A stretch of 57,502 nt of DNA, taken from a virus (taxonomy: Duplodnaviria > Caudoviricetes). Positions within the stretch are counted from its first letter, which is position 1, and each line of letters opens with the position of its first letter. The translations under genes were made by a program, and so were the position numbers. Shown one piece after another: positions 19,086 to 28,814 of the stretch. The stretch spans positions 1 through 57,502 of the IMG/VR virus record IMGVR_UViG_3300028410_000013; one strand, given 5' to 3'. The notes under the pieces are model-generated. The model did not search any database and had not been told where the DNA came from. It was given only the letters and a program-made list of their open reading frames with translations.

Positions 19086-20360
19086 ATGTTCCTCACGGGC
19101 AATATCACATTCCTCTATTTCCTCATCATCGACGGGGAAATAGAACTGCTTACCACCTCCGAAAGTCGGGTGGAGGATGCCGCCGCCCTCTATCTGGAAA
19201 AGCTCCAGTCCGATTACGGTACGGCACCTAATTGGGAGGCGGTAGGCGCTCAGTGCGTCATCGTCCAGAGAGACGACCTCTACGATATTCAGATTTCAGT
19301 CCCGTTCTCGCCCCTGTATGACATCAAAGTCAAGCTCACTGATGCGTGCCGGTCCAAGTCCATTGAAATGTTTGGGCGGACGATGTTTAACGAGTTTGAA
19401 CTTCTGGATTGGAAGTATCCTGAGGTCGTGGCAACACACACATTTGGACGGGACGACATGGCTAGGTGGGTTAGAAAAGACGATGCTCCCGTAGACAGGG
19501 CTGTTAATGCCCGCAGAATGCCTCTAGGACTTCCCGGAGGCCCCTGCCACGTTATCCGCAACATTGAGGAACACAAGCTACCTGATACAGTCAAAGAAGA
19601 CCTTATCGAGGACATAGAGAAGGGGAAAGATCTTTCCAACTCGGATGCGGACCTTCTCTATGACAGGGTATCTATACCGAGTAAGATTGACCTGTTCAAG
19701 ACCTTGGAGCTTACGGCACACGCTCAGTATCGGATGGACCAAAGAGGCGTCACGGTTGTGGATGTCCAGAAAGGCTTGGACGAGTTTGAGCGGTGGTATG
19801 AGGCCAGACGGAATAGCAATAAGCGCCTTCGACCCGAACAGCAAAAGATTCTAACCAACCTCGGATACGGTGATCCCGTTCGTTTTGAAGCCTCAAGAAG
19901 CGGGGTCACGATTATTTTCGTGGTTGAAAATCGAAAAGGGAGACTTGTATCCACATGGTGGACCAACACGCCTAACCCTAAGACCCCAAGACCGGGGGAG
20001 TGTGAAGTCATCCCCTACATTGACCGAGATCAGGAGCGGGACAGACCCCGAATCCTTGGAGGACGTATGAGCAAGTTAAGACTGGCAAAGATGGTGGCCC
20101 GTATGTATCAAGCCAACTGCGGCGGAGACTGCGGTGGAGACTGCGGCTGTGGTGGTAATTGCGGCGGAGACTGCGGCTGTAAGTCGGCTGGCGATGAGAT
20201 GTACCTCCAAAGCCCTGTGTGGGATGAAGGGAGAGATGATGACTTCCTTTATGCGGAGGACTCGGCCCTTACCGACCCTGAGAGTTGGTATGAAGATTCG
20301 GTAGAGGACGAAGAGATGGAGAATACCGTCCTTACCGATTTCTGGAAGGAAAGTTATTGA
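19086..20360 (+). CDS. Multidomain protein with DUF4258/RelE-like RNase-toxin-like domain and Cys-rich acidic C-terminus
   Basis: LELTAHAQYRMDQRGVTVVDV; CGGDCGGDCGCGGNCGGDCGC; internal GGAGG-ATG at 20067. Confidence 0.65.
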   Translation: MFLTGNITFLYFLIIDGEIELLTTSESRVEDAAALYLEKLQSDYGTAPNWEAVGAQCVIVQRDDLYDIQISVPFSPLYDIKVKLTDACRSKSIEMFGRTMFNEFELLDWKYPEVVATHTFGRDDMARWVRKDDAPVDRAVNARRMPLGLPGGPCHVIRNIEEHKLPDTVKEDLIEDIEKGKDLSNSDADLLYDRVSIPSKIDLFKTLELTAHAQYRMDQRGVTVVDVQKGLDEFERWYEARRNSNKRLRPEQQKILTNLGYGDPVRFEASRSGVTIIFVVENRKGRLVSTWWTNTPNPKTPRPGECEVIPYIDRDQERDRPRILGGRMSKLRLAKMVARMYQANCGGDCGGDCGCGGNCGGDCGCKSAGDEMYLQSPVWDEGRDDDFLYAEDSALTDPESWYEDSVEDEEMENTVLTDFWKESY

Positions 20361-20410
20361 CCGATGCAACGGGCTAGGGTATCGTCTCCGCTACTACTAC
20401 TGGAGGAACG

Positions 20411-21292
20411 ATGCCTATCCCTTTGAAAAGCTCACTAGAGCGTGGTCTACCTATCTCACTGAGCCGGTGGACCGATGTGGCACACTGGTACATGCCATGG
20501 CTACAGGACATGATGACCATCAAGGGAATCATTCCGGCAACCGACCCTAAGATGTTGTCCCTTTCCTTCTGGAAAGCAGACCCCGACAACATACATTCTC
20601 TGTTTTTCTGGACCAAGTACCCCCCAAAACTTACCTCTGCGTTGCAAACGTGGCTGTCACCCTACCGGGTTTTCACCGCAGTGACTATTACTGGCTGGGA
20701 AGAGGTAGAGACTCGTGTACCCCCTTTAGTAGAGCAGCTTGACGCCTTTAAAGCCCATGTGCATCTGGTTGGCCCTGAATTGGTACAGTGGCGGTATTCC
20801 CCTGTTCCCAATGACTTTGGCTACCTCAATGAAGAGGGTCAAGCTCGCCGTGAGCAGTTCGGCACTATCTGCCAGACGATGGCGTCGATTGGTATGTCCA
20901 CGGTGGATGTGAGCTTTCTCCAGCCCTCCCCGCATTGGGACAAAGGCTACGAGCATAGCTCTACTACTAATGACGAGCGGGAGGCGCGTAAAGAGGCAAT
21001 GCTACGCCTAGTAGGGATAGCCTCTGCTCACGGAATCAAGGTGGGCGTATGCGCAGATGACCTGAGGCTCCTAAACGAACTTGGAACCGAGTACGCTGGG
21101 GACGCCTTTGAGACCCGTTGCTTGGATAGGGGGAAGCTTGACGACGTGTTCGGCCTAGCGACACCGAAACTTGACGAAAACGGATGTGGTTGTCAGTTGT
21201 CTCTAGACCCCTGTCAGGGCAAGATGTTCGGGTGCGCCTCTGGGTGTAAGTACTGCTACGTTCCTTTTACGAACATTCCAAAAGACCCTTGA
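20411..21292 (+). CDS. DUF1848-family (radical-SAM/SPL-like) protein
   Basis: ISLSRWTD, FWTK, WRYSP, C-terminal CGC...CASGCKYCY. Confidence 0.75.
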   Translation: MPIPLKSSLERGLPISLSRWTDVAHWYMPWLQDMMTIKGIIPATDPKMLSLSFWKADPDNIHSLFFWTKYPPKLTSALQTWLSPYRVFTAVTITGWEEVETRVPPLVEQLDAFKAHVHLVGPELVQWRYSPVPNDFGYLNEEGQARREQFGTICQTMASIGMSTVDVSFLQPSPHWDKGYEHSSTTNDEREARKEAMLRLVGIASAHGIKVGVCADDLRLLNELGTEYAGDAFETRCLDRGKLDDVFGLATPKLDENGCGCQLSLDPCQGKMFGCASGCKYCYVPFTNIPKDP

Positions 21293-21346
21293 ACTTATCA
21301 CTACCTTTGGGCTATAGTCGTAAAACCTATCGCGATACCTGAGGAA

Positions 21347-22744
21347 TTGATGAGTGATAATCCTTTTGAAGATATTGGCCCTGACGTAGCGGACAAGAGG
21401 CCGGAAAAGCCCTTCGAGAAGCGCATCAATGAATTCCGAGCTTTCTACAACCAGCCCAAAGTTAAGGACGCGGTGAAGAAAGCGGAGCGCCTTTTCAACG
21501 TGGCGAAGGATGTGAAGCCGTCTAATCCATTCTCACTGGCCCATGCGGTGGCTAAGACTGCGGACGTACTGTACGAATTCGATAAGATCACGACACCGCT
21601 CGCTCTTCGCAAGTTTCGGGAGTTACAGAAACAGGCGCACGTACTCACACCGGATGAGGTTTCTCACGTATTTTTGAACCTCATAGACTCTTCTGAGGTT
21701 GAAGAGGTCCAGACGGGCACCTCTAGTACACTCGGTCGACCCGGCCTTTCTCACGCCTTGAACACCTTTCTACTGGAAGATGACGAAGGGGGTATACCTA
21801 TCTTCTGGTACCAAGATGGGATGGATGTCTCTGAGATAATCTGTGCACAAGAGTTCGACCCCGACCGGGCGAAGAAGGCTCTGGGCAGACTACTGTGGGC
21901 CAAGTACGGCTCTCAGGTAGAGATGAGGTGGAGCCAAAACAGAGAGTTTGAGTTCCACACGAAGGCAGAGCACCCTTGGCATTATGAGGGTGATTTCGGG
22001 AACATGCTCATAGACCGATGGAAGTCTGCCTTTGAGAAGGGAATCCGTCGATTCATCATCCTTCATGGTCCGCCCGGCACAGGCAAATCTACCCTCGCCC
22101 GCCAGTTAGGTCTCGATATCGGTGCGAATGTTCTCTTTGTGCCTGTAGAGACTATCCTAGACGCTGCGTCGGTCAAATACTTCGTCGATGTCATGCAGGC
22201 TATCATGCCCGAAGTGACTATCATTGACGACTTTGACCGCATGAAGAATAACGACCTAGAGCGCCTACTGTCTTCCTTTGAAGAGACTGAGAACAAGGTG
22301 CCTTTGCTTCTGGCAACGACGAACCACCTTAACCGGTTACCTGACGCTATCAAAAGGCCGGGCCGCTTCGACGAGATATGGAAGATTGCGTCCCCGCCCC
22401 CAGAGGTTTTGGGTAGGGTTATTTCTTATCTGGCCGAACTGGAAGGTATGTCCTTGTCCGATAACGAAGTTACCCTTATCTCTAAGTTAGCAGAGGAGCG
22501 GAAATTATCAGGTGCTCATATCCGTGAGATCATCCGGCGCATGGTGCTGGGGGACTTTAAGGAAGGCTGGTCCACGGGTGGGGGCTTGCAGTTTGATGAC
22601 CGTGACCTCACTTTCTCTACCGATTGGCGACCTTCTGATTACGAACAAGAGGGCGTGAGCGTCGCAATAGGTGAGGACGAGGACGCGGACGAGGACGCGT
22701 ACGACTTTGACGACGGGGAATATCCCCTTGAAGAGGATTACTGA
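21347..22744 (+). CDS. AAA+ ATPase
   Basis: Walker A GPPGTGKS, Walker B IIDDFD, SRH TTN...DAIKRPGRFD. Confidence 0.9.
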   Translation: MMSDNPFEDIGPDVADKRPEKPFEKRINEFRAFYNQPKVKDAVKKAERLFNVAKDVKPSNPFSLAHAVAKTADVLYEFDKITTPLALRKFRELQKQAHVLTPDEVSHVFLNLIDSSEVEEVQTGTSSTLGRPGLSHALNTFLLEDDEGGIPIFWYQDGMDVSEIICAQEFDPDRAKKALGRLLWAKYGSQVEMRWSQNREFEFHTKAEHPWHYEGDFGNMLIDRWKSAFEKGIRRFIILHGPPGTGKSTLARQLGLDIGANVLFVPVETILDAASVKYFVDVMQAIMPEVTIIDDFDRMKNNDLERLLSSFEETENKVPLLLATTNHLNRLPDAIKRPGRFDEIWKIASPPPEVLGRVISYLAELEGMSLSDNEVTLISKLAEERKLSGAHIREIIRRMVLGDFKEGWSTGGGLQFDDRDLTFSTDWRPSDYEQEGVSVAIGEDEDADEDAYDFDDGEYPLEEDY

Positions 22745-23043
22745 TGGCTAAGAAATGTTACTGGTTCACGCAAGGTAAGTGTCAAATAGCGGGATTCGAG
22801 TCTTCAATGGTTTACGGTATTCTCGCTAGAGTTCCCGAAGCTAGAGAGACCCTAGTAGACTGTACCTCCACGTGTGACGTGGCGCAGGAGTATTTGGACT
22901 TTGCAAGCAATCCAAGGACTCTCGTAGAACCCGCTGATGTGACCAATGCGAGGTTTCAAGGGCAGATCAACACCTACGAGGATAACAGTAGGCTGCGTGC
23001 CTCCAACCCTACGACACCGAAATCCCACAAAGAAGAGGACTGA
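22744..23043 (+). CDS. Hypothetical protein
   Basis: GAGG RBS, TGATG overlap. Confidence 0.65.
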   Translation: MAKKCYWFTQGKCQIAGFESSMVYGILARVPEARETLVDCTSTCDVAQEYLDFASNPRTLVEPADVTNARFQGQINTYEDNSRLRASNPTTPKSHKEED

Positions 23044-23045
23044 CT

Positions 23046-23402
23046 GTGAAGAAGATTCGCCGTAAAAGCAGCTATGAGAACCCGGTCAACACACAGGTAG
23101 CCAAGACCCTCACTGAAATTCAAGGGGTGGCTGAGATTTTAAAGGGTGGTGTGGGTAGCATCCAAGATGCGATGATGGAGTTGCAGCATGACATCTTCGT
23201 GGTCCAAGAGGCACTGGAGATGAATTTCTGGGTCAATCTAAGGATGCAGATGATGGGGTACTTTGGTCCTGATTCTGAGTTGAGGGATGACCCCGAAGGC
23301 ATGATGGAGGTGGCACAAGACCTTCAACAAGAGTACTTAGCCACGATAGCTATCGCGGGATTCTTAGCGTCTCTGGCCCTTGAGGACGACGGGGAACCTT
23401 AG
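23046..23402 (+). CDS. Hypothetical protein
   Basis: AAGGA RBS, GTG start. Confidence 0.65.
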   Translation: MKKIRRKSSYENPVNTQVAKTLTEIQGVAEILKGGVGSIQDAMMELQHDIFVVQEALEMNFWVNLRMQMMGYFGPDSELRDDPEGMMEVAQDLQQEYLATIAIAGFLASLALEDDGEP

Positions 23403-23408
23403 AGCTTG

Positions 23409-23438
23409 TTGACAAAGCTTCTCAGACTCGGGTATTCT
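23409..23438 (+). promoter_or_regulatory. sigma70-type promoter
   Basis: TTGACA-18 nt-TATTCT. Confidence 0.65.
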
Positions 23439-23463
23439 AGCCTCGAATCTAGAGGAGCGCCCT

Positions 23464-24117
23464 ATGCAGATTGTCATATTTGAAGAGAAGTACGGCCCTG
23501 AAGTTTTTGAGGCCACCACGGAAGAACAATGGGAGAGGGTGTGCCTAAAGGTGTGCCTAGACCGGATTGACGCTGGTTGGTATCGGCCCCGGCACTAAGC
23601 CCATGCGTCCAACAGGGTTACAAGAAGACTCTCAGGACTGGTTAAGGGCCGCTTGGAAGGATGAAGTTTTGCTCTTCAAAAAAGAAGTACAATGAGTGGG
23701 CCTTCGACAGGGACATCTGGCAGGCTGTTGAGGCAGTTAAAGAGACCCGAGACTTTGCTTCCGCCCGAAAAGTCATAGAGATGCGTTGTGATGCCGGGTA
23801 TCAGTATGAGAAGTACGAGAGGCTTCAGATAGAGCCTGTGGGGGATTCTATCCCGAGGTGGGCACACTCTGCCGTAGAGCAGACAAAGAAATTCATGGAG
23901 GTGCTGGCTCTGGTTGAAGAGGGCAGCACGGACGACGAGCTTCTACAAGAGGCTAAGCTACTCTAGTGCCCAACCACAGAAGCGCATCTCCCCCCGCTTT
24001 CTAGGCCGCATTGCGATGGGCAACTTGAATCATTATTTCAGTCGGGGGGAGATAGACCGGGCTAAAGATACGGCGAGCCGGGTGCTGGCACGCATTAAGA
24101 ACAAGGTCAACCTGTGA
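23464..24117 (+). pseudogene. Hypothetical gene interrupted by three successive +1 frameshifts
   Basis: GAGGAG RBS + ATG 23464; MQIV..WYRP / PGTKPMRP..LLFKK / KYNEWAFD..EAKLL / SAQPQK..KVNL*. Confidence 0.55.
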
Positions 24118-24314
24118 GTTCTGATGAAGAATTGGTCCTTTCAGCCCTCAGGGTGAGCGAAGCGCCTCTCTCCCCGACTGAACTGAGGCATATCTGTGTG
24201 TCCAAAGGGCTTAGTCCTGAGGTACATATCAACACTCCGGTTTGGCGGCTCGTGGATGAAGGTAAAGCGGAGTTCACCCCAGACTGGCTGTTGCGTCGTA
24301 AAGCACCGCCTTGA
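24114..24314 (+). CDS. Small winged-helix-like hypothetical protein
   Basis: LSPTELR...VWRLVDEG; GTGA overlap. Confidence 0.55.
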   Translation: MSSDEELVLSALRVSEAPLSPTELRHICVSKGLSPEVHINTPVWRLVDEGKAEFTPDWLLRRKAPP

Positions 24315-24381
24315 TAATGTATTTGTTTTCCGCTCTCACTGCTAATGCTAAGTGGCATGAAACCTCGGTGAGACGTAAGAA

Positions 24382-24816
24382 GTGAATGAATTAAAGCGCG
24401 GTAAAGTCAAGTTTTTCAACTTCATGAAGGGATACGGGTTCATCTGTCACGAGGACGTGGATTACTTTGTCCACGTCACTGACATCCAAAACGGTGATCT
24501 CCTCCTAGAGGATGAAGAGGTGGAGTTCAAAGGCGTTCAAGGTCAGAAGGGTTGGCAGGCCATCGAGGTTAATCGGATTGGCCCTCCCGACATGTTAGAA
24601 GAGGCCGGGAAAGTCAAATTCTACAACGAGGAAAGGGGCTACGGCTTTGTGGAGCGTGAAGGTAAGGCCGATGTTTTTGCCCACTTCACTGATATCGTTG
24701 AAGAGCAACGTTCCCGTGGCCTTGTTGAAGGTGATATGGTACAATTCCAAGTACGGCGTGGTCGGGATGGACGTGACCGGGCGTACAAGATCCAAATTCT
24801 GAGTGAAGAGAGTTAA
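24382..24816 (+). CDS. Tandem double cold-shock-domain protein
   Basis: GKVKFFN..KGYGFI..YFVH and GKVKFYN..RGYGFV..VFAH (RNP1/RNP2 twice). Confidence 0.93.
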   Translation: MNELKRGKVKFFNFMKGYGFICHEDVDYFVHVTDIQNGDLLLEDEEVEFKGVQGQKGWQAIEVNRIGPPDMLEEAGKVKFYNEERGYGFVEREGKADVFAHFTDIVEEQRSRGLVEGDMVQFQVRRGRDGRDRAYKIQILSEES

Positions 24817-24819
24817 GGC

Positions 24820-25254
24820 ATGAATTACACACCGCTGTTACATGACGAGCAAGAAGTCTTGCTTCGGATGATTGAGGACCAAGCTGCTTACGTCGAAATC
24901 GAAGGTTGGGGCTACCACAGTAACCCTAAGATCACAGCGGGCGATAAACGAGTGCAAGTCCGATTCCCGATGGAATTCAGCAAGCCGGTCGGCATCAGCG
25001 TTCCGGTCCACTCATTCAAACTCATTCTGCGACTCCGAGACGGTCGCAAAGTCTTTGAAGACACCAAGTCGGTGGCCTACAACAATAATGCCCTCTGGGT
25101 ACAGGCCGGGCTATGTATTGACCTCATCTGGGACATCGCGCTGGACAAAATCAGTGACGAGTTCCAGCGCATTTTCTTGCCCGGCACAAAGGGCAAGAAG
25201 GTGATGTCTATCAAGAATGGTCAGGTTGTGAGGGAGTCCAATGGCAAAGCGTAA
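24820..25254 (+). CDS. Hypothetical protein
   Basis: 144-aa ORF in operon. Confidence 0.7.
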   Translation: MNYTPLLHDEQEVLLRMIEDQAAYVEIEGWGYHSNPKITAGDKRVQVRFPMEFSKPVGISVPVHSFKLILRLRDGRKVFEDTKSVAYNNNALWVQAGLCIDLIWDIALDKISDEFQRIFLPGTKGKKVMSIKNGQVVRESNGKA

Positions 25255-25465
25255 GATGAAACGGTTTCTTCGCCGCCCGCAGAAACAGAAAAACAAGGGC
25301 TTGCAGAAGTGGAAAAGGCTTTACGACCTCGCCTTGGAGCGAGCAGAGGCCGTCTCCGACCCCCGAGTCCAAGACCTTCGTCACTATGCCTCAGATCCCG
25401 AGAAGGCTCTCAGAAGCCTGTCTATCATATCTGAGACTGATATTGACAGGGAGTTCGTGGCCTAA
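25241..25465 (+). CDS. Small basic hypothetical protein
   Basis: GGGAG RBS. Confidence 0.6.
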   Translation: MAKRKMKRFLRRPQKQKNKGLQKWKRLYDLALERAEAVSDPRVQDLRHYASDPEKALRSLSIISETDIDREFVA

Positions 25466-25467
25466 AG

Positions 25468-25728
25468 ATGTCTCCCGCCCCTTCCCGACGAGTTAAGGAC
25501 ACCATCATGAGGGAGTACCCCGGTGTGTGGGATGTGTCCTTTTCGGGAGATGAGTTAGGAGATGTTGTGACGATAACGGCCCAGCCGTCAGCCACACTGT
25601 GCTTGATAGCACTCAGCCGCCTGATAGCCTCGCAGTACATCCCCTCCTACTACACGATTGATGTTCGCTTCGAGTGGAAGCCGGGACGCTTCGAGCTACT
25701 GTTTGGCCCAATTACAAAGGGGGTATGA
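25468..25728 (+). CDS. Hypothetical protein
   Basis: Operon packing. Confidence 0.55.
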   Translation: MSPAPSRRVKDTIMREYPGVWDVSFSGDELGDVVTITAQPSATLCLIALSRLIASQYIPSYYTIDVRFEWKPGRFELLFGPITKGV

Positions 25729-26063
25729 TGCGTACATCTGAGTTTATCTATGTCTTGATGGCTTCTGTAGAGAGCCGCCGCATCCCTGTGGCGGTATACG
25801 ACAACCGGAGCCGTTGCGAGAATGCAATAGAAGAAGAGCTAGAAGAAGAGCTAAAAGCATATGGGCTTCGCCTGCTGGACTGTGATCATTTCACGGTAGA
25901 GCAGTGGCAGGTTAACCAGTTCCTTTCTGGGGAATCGGTCAAGACTCTCACATCTTACGACCGGTATGGTGCCTTAGCCAAGAGGCTGGTGCCTTTAGGC
26001 CGGGAAGGGCAGACCAACCTAGATGAGCAAGGTAACCGGTTTAAGAAGCTCTTAGACACCTGA
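25725..26063 (+). CDS. Hypothetical protein
   Basis: ATG after AAGGGGG, in frame of listed 25674 ORF. Confidence 0.6.
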   Translation: MMRTSEFIYVLMASVESRRIPVAVYDNRSRCENAIEEELEEELKAYGLRLLDCDHFTVEQWQVNQFLSGESVKTLTSYDRYGALAKRLVPLGREGQTNLDEQGNRFKKLLDT

Positions 26064-26071
26064 GGGTCATC

Positions 26072-26404
26072 ATGAAGAGGGAACCTAGAGAGATTCTGGT
26101 CGTTCACAGTGATACCACAAGTAGGGTGGCACGCTACGTTATGGCCTTACTGATGGGCAAGGGTCGGCCTATTTCCCGCCGAAATATCCGTTATTCCTTT
26201 GCCGCTAAGATGTACCACATGGTACTTGTGGTAGGGGTCAAAGACGTACCTCTGTCTGCCAATACGCTATTCTTCGATTACACACCTTACCGAGTTTACG
26301 ATAAGGTGGCCTCCGGTGAAGGTAAGATGTCATTGGCTGAGTACCAGCGCATGGAAGCTCACCGGATTGCTACCGAAATTCGACAAAGCGTCACTTTCTT
26401 TTGA
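26072..26404 (+). CDS. Hypothetical protein
   Basis: GAGG RBS. Confidence 0.6.
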   Translation: MKREPREILVVHSDTTSRVARYVMALLMGKGRPISRRNIRYSFAAKMYHMVLVVGVKDVPLSANTLFFDYTPYRVYDKVASGEGKMSLAEYQRMEAHRIATEIRQSVTFF

Positions 26405-26429
26405 GAGCACTCCGCCGCTAGGGTATACA
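26401..26429 (+). promoter_or_regulatory. sigma70-type promoter
   Basis: TTGAGA-17 nt-TATACA. Confidence 0.5.
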
Positions 26430-26443
26430 CCTTTGAAGACAGC

Positions 26444-27703
26444 ATGAACCCTAGCCGGAGAGAAGACATGAACTCGAAACTACACAACATTCAAAAGGGC
26501 GCTCGCCGCGCCGAAGCTGTCCGACAGGGCGCATACGATGGCCGTTTCGGTCATAGGGTCATCACAGATCCGAAAAAGGAAGCTGACCGCCTCCGGTGCC
26601 GGGAGCAAGAAATGGGCTTGGAAGAAGTTGCCGAAGCGACCATTGAACCTTCCCCGTGGCGCACCATTTCCGAAAGGACCACCCACATGAATCTCAACAA
26701 GCAGAAACAAGATAATGGGCTGTTTAGCGTTACCGTACGGCATGAGGGCCATCAAGACATCGAAGTGCCTAACGTACTTTTCGTCTCTAAGTTCGGCTCG
26801 CACTTACACGGTACGACGACTCCCACATCTGACGTTGACCTTAAGGGGGTCTTTATGGCGTCACTATCCGATATTGTCTTGGGGGTGGACAGCAAAACCT
26901 TCAACCTCACGACCGGCGCTGACGCTAGTAGGAATGGAGCCGACGACTTTGATGTGGAATTCATCGAGCTTCGGAAGTTCCTCAGGGATGCCATGCGGGG
27001 ACAGACCTACGCAGTGGAACTTCTCCACGTCAATGGGGAAAACATGGTGTTCTCTACTGGCCTTTGGGACGACGTGTTGACGAATAAGGGGGAGCTTTTG
27101 ACCTCAAACGTCAAGCCTTTCATCGGGTACTGCGTCGCTCAGGCTAAGAAATATGGGATGAAGGGAACACGCCTGCGCCACACAGAAGAAGCCCTCGACT
27201 ACTTACGGTCCCTGCCGGATAAGATTACGGTAGAAGAAGCCCTTGAGGGGATGAGCTTCAATGAGCACGTGTATCTAGAAGAAAAGATGCTCAAAGGGCA
27301 AGAGGAACCTCGTACGCTACTTGAAGTGAATAGCAAGCAGTTTGACATGGCCCTACCGCTAAAGGACGTGGTACCTGTCTTAGAGAACCTTGTGAGCAAG
27401 TATGGAGCGAGGGCGCGCCGTGCCACTGACGGAATAGATTGGAAATCAGTGTCTCACGCCTATCGCTGCATCTACGAAATCAAAGAGTTACTGACGACGG
27501 GTCAGATTCAATTCCCTCTAGCAGAGCGTGACTTTCTACGGGCCGTGAAGCTGGGCGAAATTGAATATGACACCATCCAAGATGAATTGCCGCTGCTCAT
27601 TGAAGAGATAGATGGGTTGGAGAGTGAGTTACCCTCCAACCCGAACCGGAAGTTCTGGGATGAGTGGATGCTTACCACGTACCGGGAAATGGGCAGCTTC
27701 TAG
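26444..27703 (+). CDS. DNA polymerase-beta-superfamily nucleotidyltransferase (RlaP-like) with N-terminal extension
   Basis: FGSHLHGTTTPTSDVDLKGVF (GS...DxD); DWKSVSHAYR. Confidence 0.85.
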   Translation: MNPSRREDMNSKLHNIQKGARRAEAVRQGAYDGRFGHRVITDPKKEADRLRCREQEMGLEEVAEATIEPSPWRTISERTTHMNLNKQKQDNGLFSVTVRHEGHQDIEVPNVLFVSKFGSHLHGTTTPTSDVDLKGVFMASLSDIVLGVDSKTFNLTTGADASRNGADDFDVEFIELRKFLRDAMRGQTYAVELLHVNGENMVFSTGLWDDVLTNKGELLTSNVKPFIGYCVAQAKKYGMKGTRLRHTEEALDYLRSLPDKITVEEALEGMSFNEHVYLEEKMLKGQEEPRTLLEVNSKQFDMALPLKDVVPVLENLVSKYGARARRATDGIDWKSVSHAYRCIYEIKELLTTGQIQFPLAERDFLRAVKLGEIEYDTIQDELPLLIEEIDGLESELPSNPNRKFWDEWMLTTYREMGSF

Positions 27704-28329
27704 CTCGTGCCCGTAGAGCCGAAACCCCCACGGGCGTCTAGGTCAAAGTCTTCAATTGCAGCCTCTAACAGATCAGGGCGTGCGTAGGGGATGAAGAGAA
27801 TCTGTACGAACCGAGTGCCCGCCTCGAAACAAAGCGTGTCAGAAGGCTTCTCAGAGAACGTGAAAATGTCGTAGGTGTGATCTGCTACCTCGACAATATC
27901 CGTCTCGTCCGGTGTCATCGCAATACCAAATCGCTTGTTGGCTTGAGCCAATATCGTGGAGTTCGTCGGACTTGGCTTCCACTCTACCGTTCCGACGTAC
28001 TCTTTCTTGCGGTCTTCCCGCTCCAACATGACTTTGATAACGTCATCTTGGCCTTGATAGGAAGGGTCGATGATGCCAAGAGTGTTTGCAATCCGAACTG
28101 ACTTGCCCCGCTTCGTCCCTGTGCTGGAACGGGGGACCATCAATAAGAAGAGCTTGATTGGGGTTTGAACGATGACGCCTGTATCCACCATGCGCCTACT
28201 GTTGTAAGGCATGTGAATGTCATGGCCATCTGGGACATACAGGTCATATCCCGCAGAGCCGGGTTCGGCCTGCTTGGGAGTAAGACCAAATTTGCCGTGA
28301 ACTTTTACCTCGAAACCTTCTAGGTCCAT
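27700..28329 (-). CDS. dut: Trimeric dUTPase with insertion between motifs III and IV
   Basis: AGYDL, PRSS, GIIDPSYQG, RFVQ, RGGFGSTG. Confidence 0.92.
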   Translation of the reverse strand: MDLEGFEVKVHGKFGLTPKQAEPGSAGYDLYVPDGHDIHMPYNSRRMVDTGVIVQTPIKLFLLMVPRSSTGTKRGKSVRIANTLGIIDPSYQGQDDVIKVMLEREDRKKEYVGTVEWKPSPTNSTILAQANKRFGIAMTPDETDIVEVADHTYDIFTFSEKPSDTLCFEAGTRFVQILFIPYARPDLLEAAIEDFDLDARGGFGSTGTS

Positions 28330-28388
28330 CTCTACCTCTCATTGATTGGGCGAACACTGTAGTATGTCCGAGGCAATCACACAAGAGG

Positions 28389-28814
28389 CTACCCCAAAAG
28401 TTTAACCAAGGCTTCAAAGCACTCTTTTGGCATACTTTTAAGGTAGGACTTAAGGACCGCCCTGTCTTGTCCTACGAAAATTGTAGTCAACAGACCTACC
28501 TCATTGTCGGAAAGACCGTCTACAAAAGCTCCCACAGGGTTCTCCACCTCGCTGCTGCTATAGGGAAGCTCGTCGACGTAAGACTGAGCCGTTTCTAAAA
28601 GCTCTTCCACATCAGACTCCGACACGTCTTCCGCACCAAGCTCCTGCCAGAATTCCAATACCTCACTATCCGGCTTGTCGATTCGGGCCGTCATGTACCC
28701 ATCCAAAAGATCGCAGGCGTGTGGGTAACTCATTGAGGGAGGAACCGTGACATTCACGATATCGCAAAAAAGGGTTCGACCACCGGAATTGGCAGTCGAA
28801 CCCTGTGAGTTCAT
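28389..28814 (-). CDS. Acidic hypothetical protein coupled to ECF sigma
   Basis: ATGA overlap with sigma stop. Confidence 0.6.
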   Translation of the reverse strand: MNSQGSTANSGGRTLFCDIVNVTVPPSMSYPHACDLLDGYMTARIDKPDSEVLEFWQELGAEDVSESDVEELLETAQSYVDELPYSSSEVENPVGAFVDGLSDNEVGLLTTIFVGQDRAVLKSYLKSMPKECFEALVKLLG

